A stretch of DNA of 59,613 bases from Acidobacteriota bacterium (GTDB lineage: Bacteria > Acidobacteriota > Vicinamibacteria > Vicinamibacterales > CAVVIG01), in the NCBI GenBank assembly GCA_017883165.1, contig JADGOC010000004.1, positions 1 to 59,613 on the forward strand. Direction: 5' to 3'. The translations under genes were made by a program, and so were the position numbers. Below are positions 1-9,401 of this stretch, piece by piece. Position 1 is the first letter of the stretch, and the number at the start of each line of letters is the position of its first letter. The notes beneath the pieces were generated by a model. That model was not told the origin of the DNA. It saw nothing but the letters and a program-made list of their open reading frames with translations, and searched no databases.

Positions 1-96
1 CTCGAGGCGACCGTGCGCTGGTATCTCGAGCACCGCGACTGGTGCGAGCAGGTACAGCAGGGGCACTATGACAGACAGAGGTTGGGGCTTGGATAG
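1..96 (+). CDS. rfbB: dTDP-glucose 4,6-dehydratase, C-terminal fragment (truncated by window edge)
   Basis: Frame 1 reads LEATVRWYLEHRDWCEQVQQGHYDRQRLGLG*, a typical RfbB C-terminus; directly upstream of rfbA. Confidence 0.85.
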   Translation, partial: LEATVRWYLEHRDWCEQVQQGHYDRQRLGLG

Positions 97-150
97 AGAG
101 GTTTGCTCTGCGAGCTCTGCATTGAACGTCGTGGGCGTGAAGGCCGCGTG

Positions 151-1026
151 ATGCTGAAGGGCATTATCCTCGCCGGCGGATCGGGGTCGCGGCTGCATCC
201 GCTGACGCGCGCCGTCAGCAAGCAGCTGATGCCGATCTACAACAAGCCGATGGTGTACTACCCGCTGTCGACGCTGATGCTCAGCGGGATTCGCCAGATC
301 CTCGTCATCACCACGCCCCACGAGCAGGAAAGTTTCAAGCGCCTGTTGGACGACGGCGCGGAGATCGGCTTGCGGATCGACTATGCGGTGCAGCCGAGCC
401 CGGACGGCCTGGCGCAGTCCTTCCTCATCGGTCGGGAGTTCATCGGCGCGGACCGCGTGACGCTGGCGCTCGGCGACAACATTTTTTACGGCGCCAATCT
501 GTCGGACTACCTGAACCGCGCGGCGACGCGCGAGTCTGGCGCCACCATCTTCGGTTACCAGGTGCGCGATCCGGAGCGGTACGGCGTCGTCGAGTTCGAC
601 ACGAGCGGCCGCGCGGTCAGCCTCGAAGAGAAACCGGAAAAGCCCAAGTCGAGCTACGCCGTCACCGGGCTCTACTTCTACGACAACCAGGTCGTCGACA
701 TTGCGTCGCGGCTGAAGCCGTCCGCGCGCGGCGAGCTCGAAATCACCGACGTCAACCGCACGTATCTCGAGCGCGGGCAGCTGCACGTCGAAAAGCTGAC
801 GCGCGGCATCGCGTGGCTCGACACCGGCACGCACCATTCGCTGATGCAGGCGGCCAGCTACATCCAGGCCATCGAGGAACGCCAGGGCCTGATGGTGGCG
901 TGCCTCGAGGAAATCGCGTTCCGCATGGGCTACATCAACGCGGGCGACCTCGCGCGGCTGGCGCGCGTCATGGAGTCGAGCGAGTACGGGCAGTACCTGT
1001 TCCGCGTCCTCGAGCACGAAGCCTGA
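151..1026 (+). CDS. rfbA: glucose-1-phosphate thymidylyltransferase
   Basis: [44 protein letters not shown]; ATG at 151. Confidence 0.97.
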   Translation: MLKGIILAGGSGSRLHPLTRAVSKQLMPIYNKPMVYYPLSTLMLSGIRQILVITTPHEQESFKRLLDDGAEIGLRIDYAVQPSPDGLAQSFLIGREFIGADRVTLALGDNIFYGANLSDYLNRAATRESGATIFGYQVRDPERYGVVEFDTSGRAVSLEEKPEKPKSSYAVTGLYFYDNQVVDIASRLKPSARGELEITDVNRTYLERGQLHVEKLTRGIAWLDTGTHHSLMQAASYIQAIEERQGLMVACLEEIAFRMGYINAGDLARLARVMESSEYGQYLFRVLEHEA

Positions 1027-1030
1027 GCCC

Positions 1031-1588
1031 GTGCGCTTCGTACCCACTGCGTTGCCCGGCGTTGTCCTGATCGAGCCTGACGTCCATCGCGACGGCCGCG
1101 GCTATTTCGTCGAGACCTATCACGCCGCGAAGTATCGCGCGGGCGGCATCGACGGGCCGTTCGTGCAGGACAACATGACGCAGTCGGCCGGCGGCACCGT
1201 GCGCGGCCTCCACCTGCAGTCCCAGCACCCGCAGGGCAAGCTGATTCGCGTGATCGAGGGCGAAATCTGCGACGTGGCGGTCGACGTGCGCCGCGGATCG
1301 CCCACGTTCGGGCGATGGGTCGGCGTCACGCTGTCGGCGGACAATTTCGCGCAGTGCTACGTGCCGCCCGGCTTCGCGCACGGCTTCTGCGTCGTCAGCC
1401 CGCTGGCGCTCGTCGAGTACAAATGCACCGACCTCTACGATCCGACATCGGAGGTCGGCATCGCGTGGAACGACCCGGCGCTCGGCATTCGGTGGCCGAT
1501 CGCCGATCCTATTCTGTCGGATCGCGACCGGCGGAATCCCTTGCTGGCCGAGGTGACCGACCGCCTGCCTCGGTACACAAATTTGTAG
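1031..1588 (+). CDS. rfbC: dTDP-4-dehydrorhamnose 3,5-epimerase
   Basis: [41 protein letters not shown]. Confidence 0.97.
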   Translation: MRFVPTALPGVVLIEPDVHRDGRGYFVETYHAAKYRAGGIDGPFVQDNMTQSAGGTVRGLHLQSQHPQGKLIRVIEGEICDVAVDVRRGSPTFGRWVGVTLSADNFAQCYVPPGFAHGFCVVSPLALVEYKCTDLYDPTSEVGIAWNDPALGIRWPIADPILSDRDRRNPLLAEVTDRLPRYTNL

Positions 1589-1660
1589 GATCGACGACAA
1601 AATCGTCGGTTCGAGCCGCTCTCATCGGTGTGAAATGGCGATTTCCCCAAGGAATCCCGC

Positions 1661-1676
1661 GGGCACAGCCCTTGCC
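1661..1676 (+). promoter_or_regulatory. sigma54 -24/-12 promoter (candidate)
   Basis: gGGCACagcccTTGCc with exact GG-N10-GC spacing versus consensus TGGCACG-N4-TTGC. Confidence 0.65.
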
Positions 1677-1686
1677 CTTCAGTGGA

Positions 1687-1783
1687 CCGAAGTCGCTGAT
1701 CTGATTACGGCAGGGCGCCGTGAATTGCTGGGGGAGCCAGATCAGTGAAGCAAAGGGGCATCGCAATGACGCGATGCCTTTTT
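1687..1783 (+). ncRNA. candidate sigma54-dependent small RNA
   Basis: Bounded by the sigma54 motif and an intrinsic terminator; 11-bp stem 1693-1703/1738-1748 enclosing a 7-bp inner hairpin; no credible ORF. Confidence 0.55.
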
Positions 1784-2095
1784 GTTTGTACGCGCTATTT
1801 CTCGACGCGCGACATCCATGCCCGCCACCACGCGTCCAAACGCCGCCGCGCCCTGCGCATCGTCGAAGCGCCTGCCCTCGAAATCGAGTGACGGCTGATC
1901 GTTCAGCAGGATGAAGAAGTCTGACGTCGCCGTGTCGGCGCCTGCGCCGCGCGCCATCGACACCGTGCCGACGACGTGGTGTAGGCCGGTGACGCTCGTG
2001 CACTCGAGCGGAATCGGCGGAAAGCCCTGCGCGCGATGAAAGTGTCCGTTCGTGTAGAACCCGCCGTCGACGTATTTCAGAAAGTTGGCGGCGGT
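1742..2095 (-). pseudogene. cyclophilin-type peptidyl-prolyl isomerase remnant
   Basis: Reads TAANFLKYVDGGFYTNGHFHRA-QGFPPIPLE...GTVSMARG...ATSDFFI...AAFGRVVAGMDV; in-frame TAA just upstream, no start codon, IQGG segment missing. Confidence 0.8.
1752..1787 (+). terminator. intrinsic terminator
   Basis: aaaggggcatcgc-aatgac-gcgatgccttttt followed by gtttg. Confidence 0.85.
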
Positions 2096-2116
2096 CCTAC
2101 GTTAGAATGTCCTGAC

Positions 2117-2878
2117 ATGCGCATCGACCTCAACTCCGACATGGGCGAGTCCTTCGGCGCTTATACGATCGGCCACGACGCCGGGCTGATGAAGTCGATC
2201 ACCTCCGCCAACGTCGCGGCCGGCTTTCATGCGGGCGACCCGACGGTGCTGCGCGAGACGATTCGTCTGGCGAAGACACACGGCGTGGCCGTCGGCGCGC
2301 ATCCGGGCTTCCCGGATCTCGCGGGCTTCGGCCGCCGGGAGCTGCACGTCACGCCGCGCGAGGCCGAGGATCTCGTGCTTTATCAGATCGCCGCCGTTGC
2401 TGGCGTCGCCGCCGCCGAGGGCGTGCGTCTGCAGCACGTCAAGCCGCACGGCGCGCTCTTCAACATGGCGGTGAAGGACGCCGTGCTCGCCGACGCCATC
2501 GTGCGCGCGGTGGCCGCATTCGACAAGACGCTGATTCTCTTCACCCTGCCGGGATCGGAGATTCTGAAGGCGGGCCGTGCCGCCGGCCTGCGCGTGGCGG
2601 CGGAGATTTTTGCGGACCGCGCATACGAGCCGGATGGAACGCTCGTCTCGCGCCGGAAGCCTGGATCGGTCATTCACGACGCGCAGACGGTCGTCAAGCG
2701 GGCCGTTCGCATGGTGAACGACGCCGTCGTCGTCGCCATCGACGGCACGACGATCGCCCTCGAGGCGGACACGATCTGCGTGCACGGCGACACGCCTGGC
2801 TCCGACGCGCTCGCCGCCGCGCTGCGCGCCGGGCTCGAAGCCGCGGGCATCACCGTCATGGCCATCGGGCGGCTGTAA
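2117..2878 (+). CDS. pxpA: 5-oxoprolinase subunit A (LamB/YcsF family)
   Basis: IDLNSDMGESFG, GFHAGDP, GAHPGFPD, HVKPHGAL, FADRAY, TICVHGDTP. Confidence 0.95.
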   Translation: MRIDLNSDMGESFGAYTIGHDAGLMKSITSANVAAGFHAGDPTVLRETIRLAKTHGVAVGAHPGFPDLAGFGRRELHVTPREAEDLVLYQIAAVAGVAAAEGVRLQHVKPHGALFNMAVKDAVLADAIVRAVAAFDKTLILFTLPGSEILKAGRAAGLRVAAEIFADRAYEPDGTLVSRRKPGSVIHDAQTVVKRAVRMVNDAVVVAIDGTTIALEADTICVHGDTPGSDALAAALRAGLEAAGITVMAIGRL

Positions 2879-2895
2879 CGCCGGTCTCGAACCGC

Positions 2896-3726
2896 CTATT
2901 CGATCTTGACGATGCGGTCGCTGATGTGCGGAAAGCGATCGAACACCGCCGGATCGTGCCCGGGCACCACGAGCTTGAGCGCCGAGGCAAGCGACCGCAT
3001 CCGATCTTGCGTGCGCAGGTTGGAGTCGGCGTTGAGCGTCTGCGCAATCGGTTTGTGCGTGTCGAGGTTTTCGTAGAGATACACATTGTCGGACGCGAGC
3101 ACGACCGTGCTGCCCGCGCGCGTCTGCACGCTCACGAACTGCGACTGCCAGGTGTGCTTGCCGCCGACATGGAATCCGATCCCTGAAATGGACGTCTCGT
3201 CCTCGCCGCGGACGAGCGTCACGCGTCCCATCGTGTTCCGCTTCACCATCTCCAGCACATCGTCGGCGTCGATGCCGCCGTGCGTGTTTTTCGATTGCCA
3301 CGCCTCACCGGTGTAGTACTCGAATTCGTCCTGTTGCACCCACACCCGCGCGGCAGGGAACAGATCGATGCCGCCGGCGTGATCCCAGTGCATGTGCGAG
3401 AGGAAGATGTCGGTCACTTCTTCCGGCTTGATGCCGAGCGGCGCAATCGCCTCCGACGGCAGAACGAAGTCCTTGACCGCGAATGCGGTGAAGTACTGAT
3501 CGCGATGGAACCCGGCATCGACGAGCGCCACGCGCCCGTTGACGCCCTTCAACACCCAGACGGTCATCGCGATGTCCAGCCGGCGCGAGCGATCGGCCCC
3601 GCTGATGAGGCTCGAGACCGGGAAGTTCGCGATTGTCGCGAACCGGACCGCGTACACGTCGAACTTCTCCGCTTCGGGCGGGATGAAGACGAACGCGGCC
3701 ATCACGACGGCAAGCAGAGTGCGCAC
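2896..3726 (-). CDS. exported metallo-beta-lactamase-fold hydrolase, AHL-lactonase-like
   Basis: HMHWDHAGG (HxHxDH), LASD, VPGHD; hydrophobic N-terminus from GTG 3726. Confidence 0.8.
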   Translation of the reverse strand: MRTLLAVVMAAFVFIPPEAEKFDVYAVRFATIANFPVSSLISGADRSRRLDIAMTVWVLKGVNGRVALVDAGFHRDQYFTAFAVKDFVLPSEAIAPLGIKPEEVTDIFLSHMHWDHAGGIDLFPAARVWVQQDEFEYYTGEAWQSKNTHGGIDADDVLEMVKRNTMGRVTLVRGEDETSISGIGFHVGGKHTWQSQFVSVQTRAGSTVVLASDNVYLYENLDTHKPIAQTLNADSNLRTQDRMRSLASALKLVVPGHDPAVFDRFPHISDRIVKIE

Positions 3727-3730
3727 AGTC

Positions 3731-5428
3731 CTAACTCTCCCGCAGGGCCCGTCGCAGCACCTTGCCGACCATCGTCTTGGGCAGCTCGCTGCGGAACTCG
3801 ATTGTCGACGGCACCTTGTACGGCGCCAGTTGCTGGCGGCAGAACGTGCGCAGCTCCAACTCGGTCGCGGATTGGCCCGGCCGCAGGACAACCCATGCCT
3901 TCACCGCTTCGCCCTTCACATCGTCGAGGACTCCGGCGACGCCGACCTCGGCGACCGCCGGATGCGCCGACAGCGCTTCCTCGACTTCGCGCGGCCAGAC
4001 CTGGAAGCCGCTCGTCTTGATGAGATCTTTCTTGCGATCGACGATGAACACATACCCGTCGTCGTCCAGGTAGCCGAGGTCGCCCGTGTGCAGCCAGCGC
4101 CGCGGGCCGTCGTCATCGACGTGATCGCGCAGCGCGCCGGCGGTTTCGTCCGGCCGGTTCCAGAAACCGGTCATGAGCTGTGCCGCGGAGAAAGCGATCT
4201 CCCCGACTTCCTTCGCCGGCAGCACGCGCGTGCCTTCGTCGCCGTCGAAAATCCGCACGTGGACGTCGGGCAGCGGCATGCCGACCGAGCCGACCTTGTT
4301 CGGCCCCTGCACCGGATTGACGCACAACGCCATCATCGCTTCGGTGAGCGAGTAGCCTTCGACGATCCGGCCGCCGGTCAGCGCCTCGAAGCGTTGTTTG
4401 GTGTCGGACAGCAACGCGGCCGCGCCGGAGAAACAGATTCTGATCGATTTGAAGTCGACCTTGCCCCGCTGGACGTCGGGGTGATTGAGGAGCGCGATGT
4501 ACAGCGTCGGGACGCCGGTGAAGAAGGCCGGCTTCACGCGCCGGATCGTGTGCAGCAGATCCGGCAGATCGCGGGGATTCGGTACGAGCGCGATCGGATT
4601 GCGCGTGACCAAGGCGAGGCCCTGCACGCCGACGTTCGCGTACACGTGGAACATCGGCAGCGGCAGGAGGATCACGCTGTCGCCCATGCCGAGAACCGAT
4701 GACGTCCAGGCGTGCACCTGCAGCCCCGTGCGCGTGTACGCCCCGTGCGTGCCGAGCACGCCCTTCGGCGTGCCGGTGGTGCCGCCGCTCATCAGCAGCA
4801 CGGCGGGATCGTCGAGCGTCAGCGGTTCGCGCGCGGGCCGCCGGCCCCGGTTCACGAGCAGCAGATGCGCGAAATCATGGTCGCCCGGCACGAGCGACAC
4901 ACGGTCGCCGTCGCGCTTTTCTCGAAAGAGGGTGAACAACATCCGCAGCAGGGGCGGAAAGTAGTCCTTGATGTTGGTCGCGATCACCCGCCGCAGCGGC
5001 GTCTGCTTCTGGATGTTCTTCACGCGGGCGTAGTACCGCGTCAGGGTCACGATCGTCTCGATGCCGTGCTCCCGGAGCGGCCCCTCGATCTCGCGCTCGG
5101 TGTAGGTCGGATTCAGCGGCGCGACGATGGCGCCGAGCTTCCAGGCGCCGAACTCGGCGATGAAGAATTGCGGGCAGTTGGGAAGCAGGAGCGCGACGCG
5201 ATCGCCGCGGCGGACGCCGAGCGAGGCGAACGCCGCCGCGCAGGCGTCGCTGAGTGCGTCGAGCGCGCCGTAGCTGATGGTCGCGCCCTTGAAGAGCAGC
5301 GCCGGATCGCCCGGCCGCTCCCGCGCCGCGTCGGCGAGGTAATCGACGAGCGTTTTGGCCGGATACGGCGCAAGCGTCGCCGGAACGCCGGCGTCGTAAT
5401 GCGCCAGCCAGGGCACCGATGAAGACAT
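3731..5428 (-). CDS. long-chain fatty acid-CoA ligase
   Basis: SGGTTGTPKG, EGYSLTE, LHTGDLG, DRKKDLIK, LPKTMVGK. Confidence 0.92.
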   Translation of the reverse strand: MSSSVPWLAHYDAGVPATLAPYPAKTLVDYLADAARERPGDPALLFKGATISYGALDALSDACAAAFASLGVRRGDRVALLLPNCPQFFIAEFGAWKLGAIVAPLNPTYTEREIEGPLREHGIETIVTLTRYYARVKNIQKQTPLRRVIATNIKDYFPPLLRMLFTLFREKRDGDRVSLVPGDHDFAHLLLVNRGRRPAREPLTLDDPAVLLMSGGTTGTPKGVLGTHGAYTRTGLQVHAWTSSVLGMGDSVILLPLPMFHVYANVGVQGLALVTRNPIALVPNPRDLPDLLHTIRRVKPAFFTGVPTLYIALLNHPDVQRGKVDFKSIRICFSGAAALLSDTKQRFEALTGGRIVEGYSLTEAMMALCVNPVQGPNKVGSVGMPLPDVHVRIFDGDEGTRVLPAKEVGEIAFSAAQLMTGFWNRPDETAGALRDHVDDDGPRRWLHTGDLGYLDDDGYVFIVDRKKDLIKTSGFQVWPREVEEALSAHPAVAEVGVAGVLDDVKGEAVKAWVVLRPGQSATELELRTFCRQQLAPYKVPSTIEFRSELPKTMVGKVLRRALRES

Positions 5429-5474
5429 GGGCGCCGGGATTATAGTCGTGACTGAGCGGAAAGTCGCGGCTGGG

Positions 5475-6431
5475 TCAGATCGCGGCCGGCGCGAGCAGCA
5501 TCAGCAGCAGCGCCTTCTGCCCGTGCAGACGGTTTTCGGCCTGATCGAAGACGACCGAGGCGGCCGATTCGAACACCTCCGCCGTGACCTCCTCGCCCCG
5601 ATGCGCCGGCAGGCAGTGCATGAAGAGCGCGCCGGGTCGCGCGAGCGCCATGAGCGCGTCGTTCACCTGATACGCTGCGAACGCGCGGCGGCGGCTGTCC
5701 GCTTCGGCCTCCTGGCCCATCGACGTCCACGTATCGGTATAGATCGCGTCGACGCCGGCCACCGCATCGGTCGGGTCGCTGAAGAGGCGCAGCCGCGCAC
5801 CGTGGCGCGAGACGCCGGTCGCCTGCTGCACGACCGCGTGCGGCAGCTGATACGCCTCGGGGCTCGCGACGTGCAGGTGCACGCCGAGCATAGCCGAGGC
5901 GTGCGCGAGCGACGCGGCGATGTTGTTGCCGTCGCCGACGTAGGCGATCGTTCGGCCCCGGAGCGATCCGAGCTTCTCCTGCAGCGTCAGAAAATCGGCG
6001 ATCGCCTGGCACGGATGCTCATCGTCGGTCAGCGCGTTCACGACGTGAAGACGCGTCGTCGCCGCGGCCAGCTCCTCGAGCAGCTTTTGAGAAAAGGTCC
6101 GGATCACGACCGCATCGACCCAGCGCTCGAGATTGCGGGCGACGTCGGCGACCGGTTCGCGGCGTCCCAGGGCGACGTCGGCCTGGAGCGCCACGAGGTG
6201 GCCGCCGAGCTCGCGCACGGCGATCTCGAACGTCGACCGCGTGCGCAGCGAAGGCTTGTCGAAGAGCATCGCGACGTGGCGGCCATCGAGCGCGTCGGAG
6301 GTCGGCGCGTGGCGGCCGCGCGCGCGGTCCGCTTTGAGGCGCGCCGCCAGCTCGAGACAGCGCTCGAGATCGAGCGCGTCGAAGTCGAGGATGGACAGAA
6401 AGTCTTTGTGGGTCAACGTTGCTGGTGTCAT
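5475..6431 (-). CDS. argF: ornithine carbamoyltransferase
   Basis: PSLRTRSTF, HPCQAIAD, GDGNN, FMHCLPAHRG, QAENRLH. Confidence 0.96.
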   Translation of the reverse strand: MTPATLTHKDFLSILDFDALDLERCLELAARLKADRARGRHAPTSDALDGRHVAMLFDKPSLRTRSTFEIAVRELGGHLVALQADVALGRREPVADVARNLERWVDAVVIRTFSQKLLEELAAATTRLHVVNALTDDEHPCQAIADFLTLQEKLGSLRGRTIAYVGDGNNIAASLAHASAMLGVHLHVASPEAYQLPHAVVQQATGVSRHGARLRLFSDPTDAVAGVDAIYTDTWTSMGQEAEADSRRRAFAAYQVNDALMALARPGALFMHCLPAHRGEEVTAEVFESAASVVFDQAENRLHGQKALLLMLLAPAAI

Positions 6432-7636
6432 GTCCGGTAATCCGCGTTGATGCGCACGTAGTCGGCGCTCAGGTCGCACGTCCACACGGTCGAGGAGGCC
6501 CCTCCGGCACCGAGATCCACCGACACCGCGATTTCCTTGCCCTTGAGGTACTCCGCCGCGCGCGGCGCGTTCTCGTCGTGCGGCGCGCCGTCCTTGAACA
6601 GCACCGTCGATCCGATCGTGACGGCGGCGGCCGCCAGCTCGAACGCCACGCCGGCCCGGCCCGCGACCGCAATCAAGCGGCCCCAGTTCGGATCGCCGCC
6701 GTGGATCGCCGTTTTGACGAGCGGCGAGTTCGCGATCGCCTTCGCCGCGCGTCGCGCGTCCTCGACCGACGCCGCGCCCGTCACGGTAACGGTGACCAGC
6801 TTGGTCGCGCCTTCGCCGCCGCGCACGATGCCGAGCGCCAGCTCGAGGCAGACCGACCGCAGCGCGTCCACGAACGCCCCGTAATTGTCGTCGCCGATGC
6901 GCGCTCCGCTCGCGCCGTTGGCGAGCAGCATGACGGTGTCGTTGGTCGAGCACTCGCCGTCCACGGTGATCGCGTTGAACGTGTCGTTGACCACGTCCCG
7001 CAGCGCGCGGTCGAGCAGCGGCTGCGAGATGGACGCATCGGTCGTCACGAAGCCGAGCATCGTCGCCATCATCGGCTCGATCATGCCCGAGCCCTTGGCC
7101 ATGCCACCGATCGAGAACTGGCCCGCGCGCGCGGCGGCTTCCTTCGGAAACGGATCGGTCGTCATGATGGCGCGCGCGGCAACCGCACCCTGGTCCGCGC
7201 CGAGCGCGCGGAACGCCGCCGGCAGGGCGCCGCGAATGTTCTCGATCGACAGCGCGACGCCGATGACGCCGGTCGAGGCGACGAGCACCTGCTCGACCGG
7301 ACAGCCGACCAGACGCGCCGCGTCGTCCGCCATGGCCCGCGCGACGGCCATCCCGGCCTCGCCGGTGCAGGCGTTCGCGCAGCCGCTATTGACGATCACG
7401 GCGCGCGCGAGGCCGCCCGATTTCGACAGATGCTCGCGCGACACGACGACGGGTGCCGCCTGCGCGCGATTGATCGTGAAGACGGCCGCGGCGGTGGCGG
7501 GCGTGTCCGAGACGAGCAGCGCCAGGTCGAGGGCGCCGTTGGCCTTGATGCCCGCGCTGACGCCCGCGGCGCGGAATCCCCGCGGCGTGGTGACGCCGCC
7601 GCCCTTGATCTCGGTGCGACCCTCGCCGACGGTCAT
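6428..7636 (-). CDS. argJ: ornithine acetyltransferase
   Basis: NSGCANACTG, IMTTD, AKGSGMIEPMMATML, STNDT, DPNWGR, NADYRT. Confidence 0.96.
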   Translation of the reverse strand: MTVGEGRTEIKGGGVTTPRGFRAAGVSAGIKANGALDLALLVSDTPATAAAVFTINRAQAAPVVVSREHLSKSGGLARAVIVNSGCANACTGEAGMAVARAMADDAARLVGCPVEQVLVASTGVIGVALSIENIRGALPAAFRALGADQGAVAARAIMTTDPFPKEAAARAGQFSIGGMAKGSGMIEPMMATMLGFVTTDASISQPLLDRALRDVVNDTFNAITVDGECSTNDTVMLLANGASGARIGDDNYGAFVDALRSVCLELALGIVRGGEGATKLVTVTVTGAASVEDARRAAKAIANSPLVKTAIHGGDPNWGRLIAVAGRAGVAFELAAAAVTIGSTVLFKDGAPHDENAPRAAEYLKGKEIAVSVDLGAGGASSTVWTCDLSADYVRINADYRT

Positions 7637-8196
7637 GCGTAGCGCGCGGCCGCGGGCCGATCATGAACGGCGTCGAACTCGGATTCGAGGGGCCTGCCCC
7701 GAGCATCGTCGCAGGCGTCGTCGAGGGGCACGACCATCGCGTATTGCCCGCATCGGCGGAAATTTGGACAACCGACGCAGTCGGTGAAGATTTTCTCGGG
7801 CAGCCACAGGTGCGGCACGATCGAGAAGCCCATCTGAATGAAATAGCCCGGCGAGTGCGTGAACGCACAGAGCTTCTCGAAGCTTTCGCGGCGCGCCCGG
7901 CGGCGCAGCTCCTCGACGATCTCGGTGCCGACGCCGCCGCCGCGCACCGACCGGTCGACGGCGAGCGATCGCACTTCGGCGACGGTCGGGCTGAGCGGCG
8001 CGAGCTCGGCGCAGCCCACGATGGTCTTGCCCGTTTTGCCGCGCAGGGCGATCGTGAACCGCTCGGCGTGGACCTCGAGCTCGCCGAGCGTCCGCGGCAG
8101 CAGGTGTCCCTCGTCGAGGTTCGCCGTGATCAGCGCATGCAGCTTCCGCGCATGCGACGGCTCGGCCGTCCGGAGTGTGATCCGCGCTGGTCTCAT
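7633..8196 (-). CDS. argA: short GNAT amino-acid N-acetyltransferase (ArgA-like)
   Basis: LLPRT, AEVRSLAV, LPEKIFTDCVGC; lies inside the arg operon. Confidence 0.75.
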   Translation of the reverse strand: MRPARITLRTAEPSHARKLHALITANLDEGHLLPRTLGELEVHAERFTIALRGKTGKTIVGCAELAPLSPTVAEVRSLAVDRSVRGGGVGTEIVEELRRRARRESFEKLCAFTHSPGYFIQMGFSIVPHLWLPEKIFTDCVGCPNFRRCGQYAMVVPLDDACDDARGRPLESEFDAVHDRPAAARYA

Positions 8197-9401
8197 CCTT
8201 GAGCCCCCACGGCACCCAGCGCGGCATCCAGCCGGCCGAGGCCCTCATCGATTTCCGCATCGGTAATGACGAGCGGCGGCAGCAGCCGAATCACGCGCTC
8301 CGCCGTCCGGTTGACGACTACGCCGCGCTCGAGCGCCGCCGTCACGACCGGCGCCGCGTCGCACGTCAGCTCCAATCCCCACATCAAACCCTTGCCGCGC
8401 ACCTCTTTGATCATCGGGTGCTTGGCGGCCAGACGCTTCAGCCGCTGCTCGACATGCTGGCCGACGCGCGCGATGTGCCCGAGCAGGCCGCCGCCGACGA
8501 GATGATCGAGGACGCAGAGCGCCGCGCGGCACGCCAGCAGGTTGCCGCCGTACGTCGTGCCGTGATCGCCGAATGAGATGGTGTCGGCGACTTCCTGGCT
8601 GACGAGCGCCGCGCCGACCGGCACGCCGCCGCCGAGCGCCTTGCCGATCGACACCAGGTGCGGCTTCAGGCCGAGCGCGGCAAAGTAGAACGGGTAGCCG
8701 GTGCGGCCCAGGCCGCTTTGCACTTCGTCGGCGATGAAGAGCGCACCGCTCTTCGCGCACGCGTCTCTGATGGCTTCGGCGAACGCCGGCGTCAGCGGCC
8801 GGATGCCGCCTTCGCCCTGCACGGGCTCGGCGATGATGGCCGCGGTCGCGCGCGAGACGGCGGCCCGCAGCGCGGCCGGCTCGTTGACCGGCACGAACTT
8901 GACGCTCGGCAGCAGCGGCTCGAAGGGCGCGCGATAGTGCGCGTCGGAGGTGACCGAGAGCGACCCGAACGTCCGCCCGTGAAACGATCCCTCGATCGCG
9001 ATGAATTCCTGCCGCGGCTCCCCGCGCGTGTACCAGTAACGCCGCGCGAACTTCAGGCAGGCTTCGACGGCTTCGGTGCCGCTGTTGCAGAAAAACGCGC
9101 GCGGCAGGCCGGAGAGATTCGCGAGGCGCTCGGCGAGATGCCCCTGCAGCGGGTGATAGAACAGATTCGACGTGTGAATGAGCGTGTGCGCCTGCTCGGC
9201 GATCGCGCGCGAGAGCGCGGGATGCGCGTGGCCGAGCGAGGCCACGCCGATGCCAGACAGCAGATCGAGATACTCGTGCCCTTCGGCGTCGTAGAGGTGC
9301 ACGCCTTCGCCGCGCACGAACGTGACCGGCGCGCGGCGATAGGTCTGCAACACGTGCCGCGATTCTCGCGCCTGAACGTCGTCGAGTGTTGTCGTCGTCA
9401 T
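8193..9401 (-). CDS. argD: acetylornithine aminotransferase
   Basis: NSGTEAVE, SFHGRT, EPVQGEGG, DEVQSGLGRTG, HGTTYGGN. Confidence 0.95.
   Translation of the reverse strand: MTTTTLDDVQARESRHVLQTYRRAPVTFVRGEGVHLYDAEGHEYLDLLSGIGVASLGHAHPALSRAIAEQAHTLIHTSNLFYHPLQGHLAERLANLSGLPRAFFCNSGTEAVEACLKFARRYWYTRGEPRQEFIAIEGSFHGRTFGSLSVTSDAHYRAPFEPLLPSVKFVPVNEPAALRAAVSRATAAIIAEPVQGEGGIRPLTPAFAEAIRDACAKSGALFIADEVQSGLGRTGYPFYFAALGLKPHLVSIGKALGGGVPVGAALVSQEVADTISFGDHGTTYGGNLLACRAALCVLDHLVGGGLLGHIARVGQHVEQRLKRLAAKHPMIKEVRGKGLMWGLELTCDAAPVVTAALERGVVVNRTAERVIRLLPPLVITDAEIDEGLGRLDAALGAVGAQG

Noticed and set aside
1720-1914. 64-aa + strand ORF over the candidate sRNA
   Set aside because: Crosses a strong terminator, lacks a clear RBS and is antisense to the cyclophilin remnant
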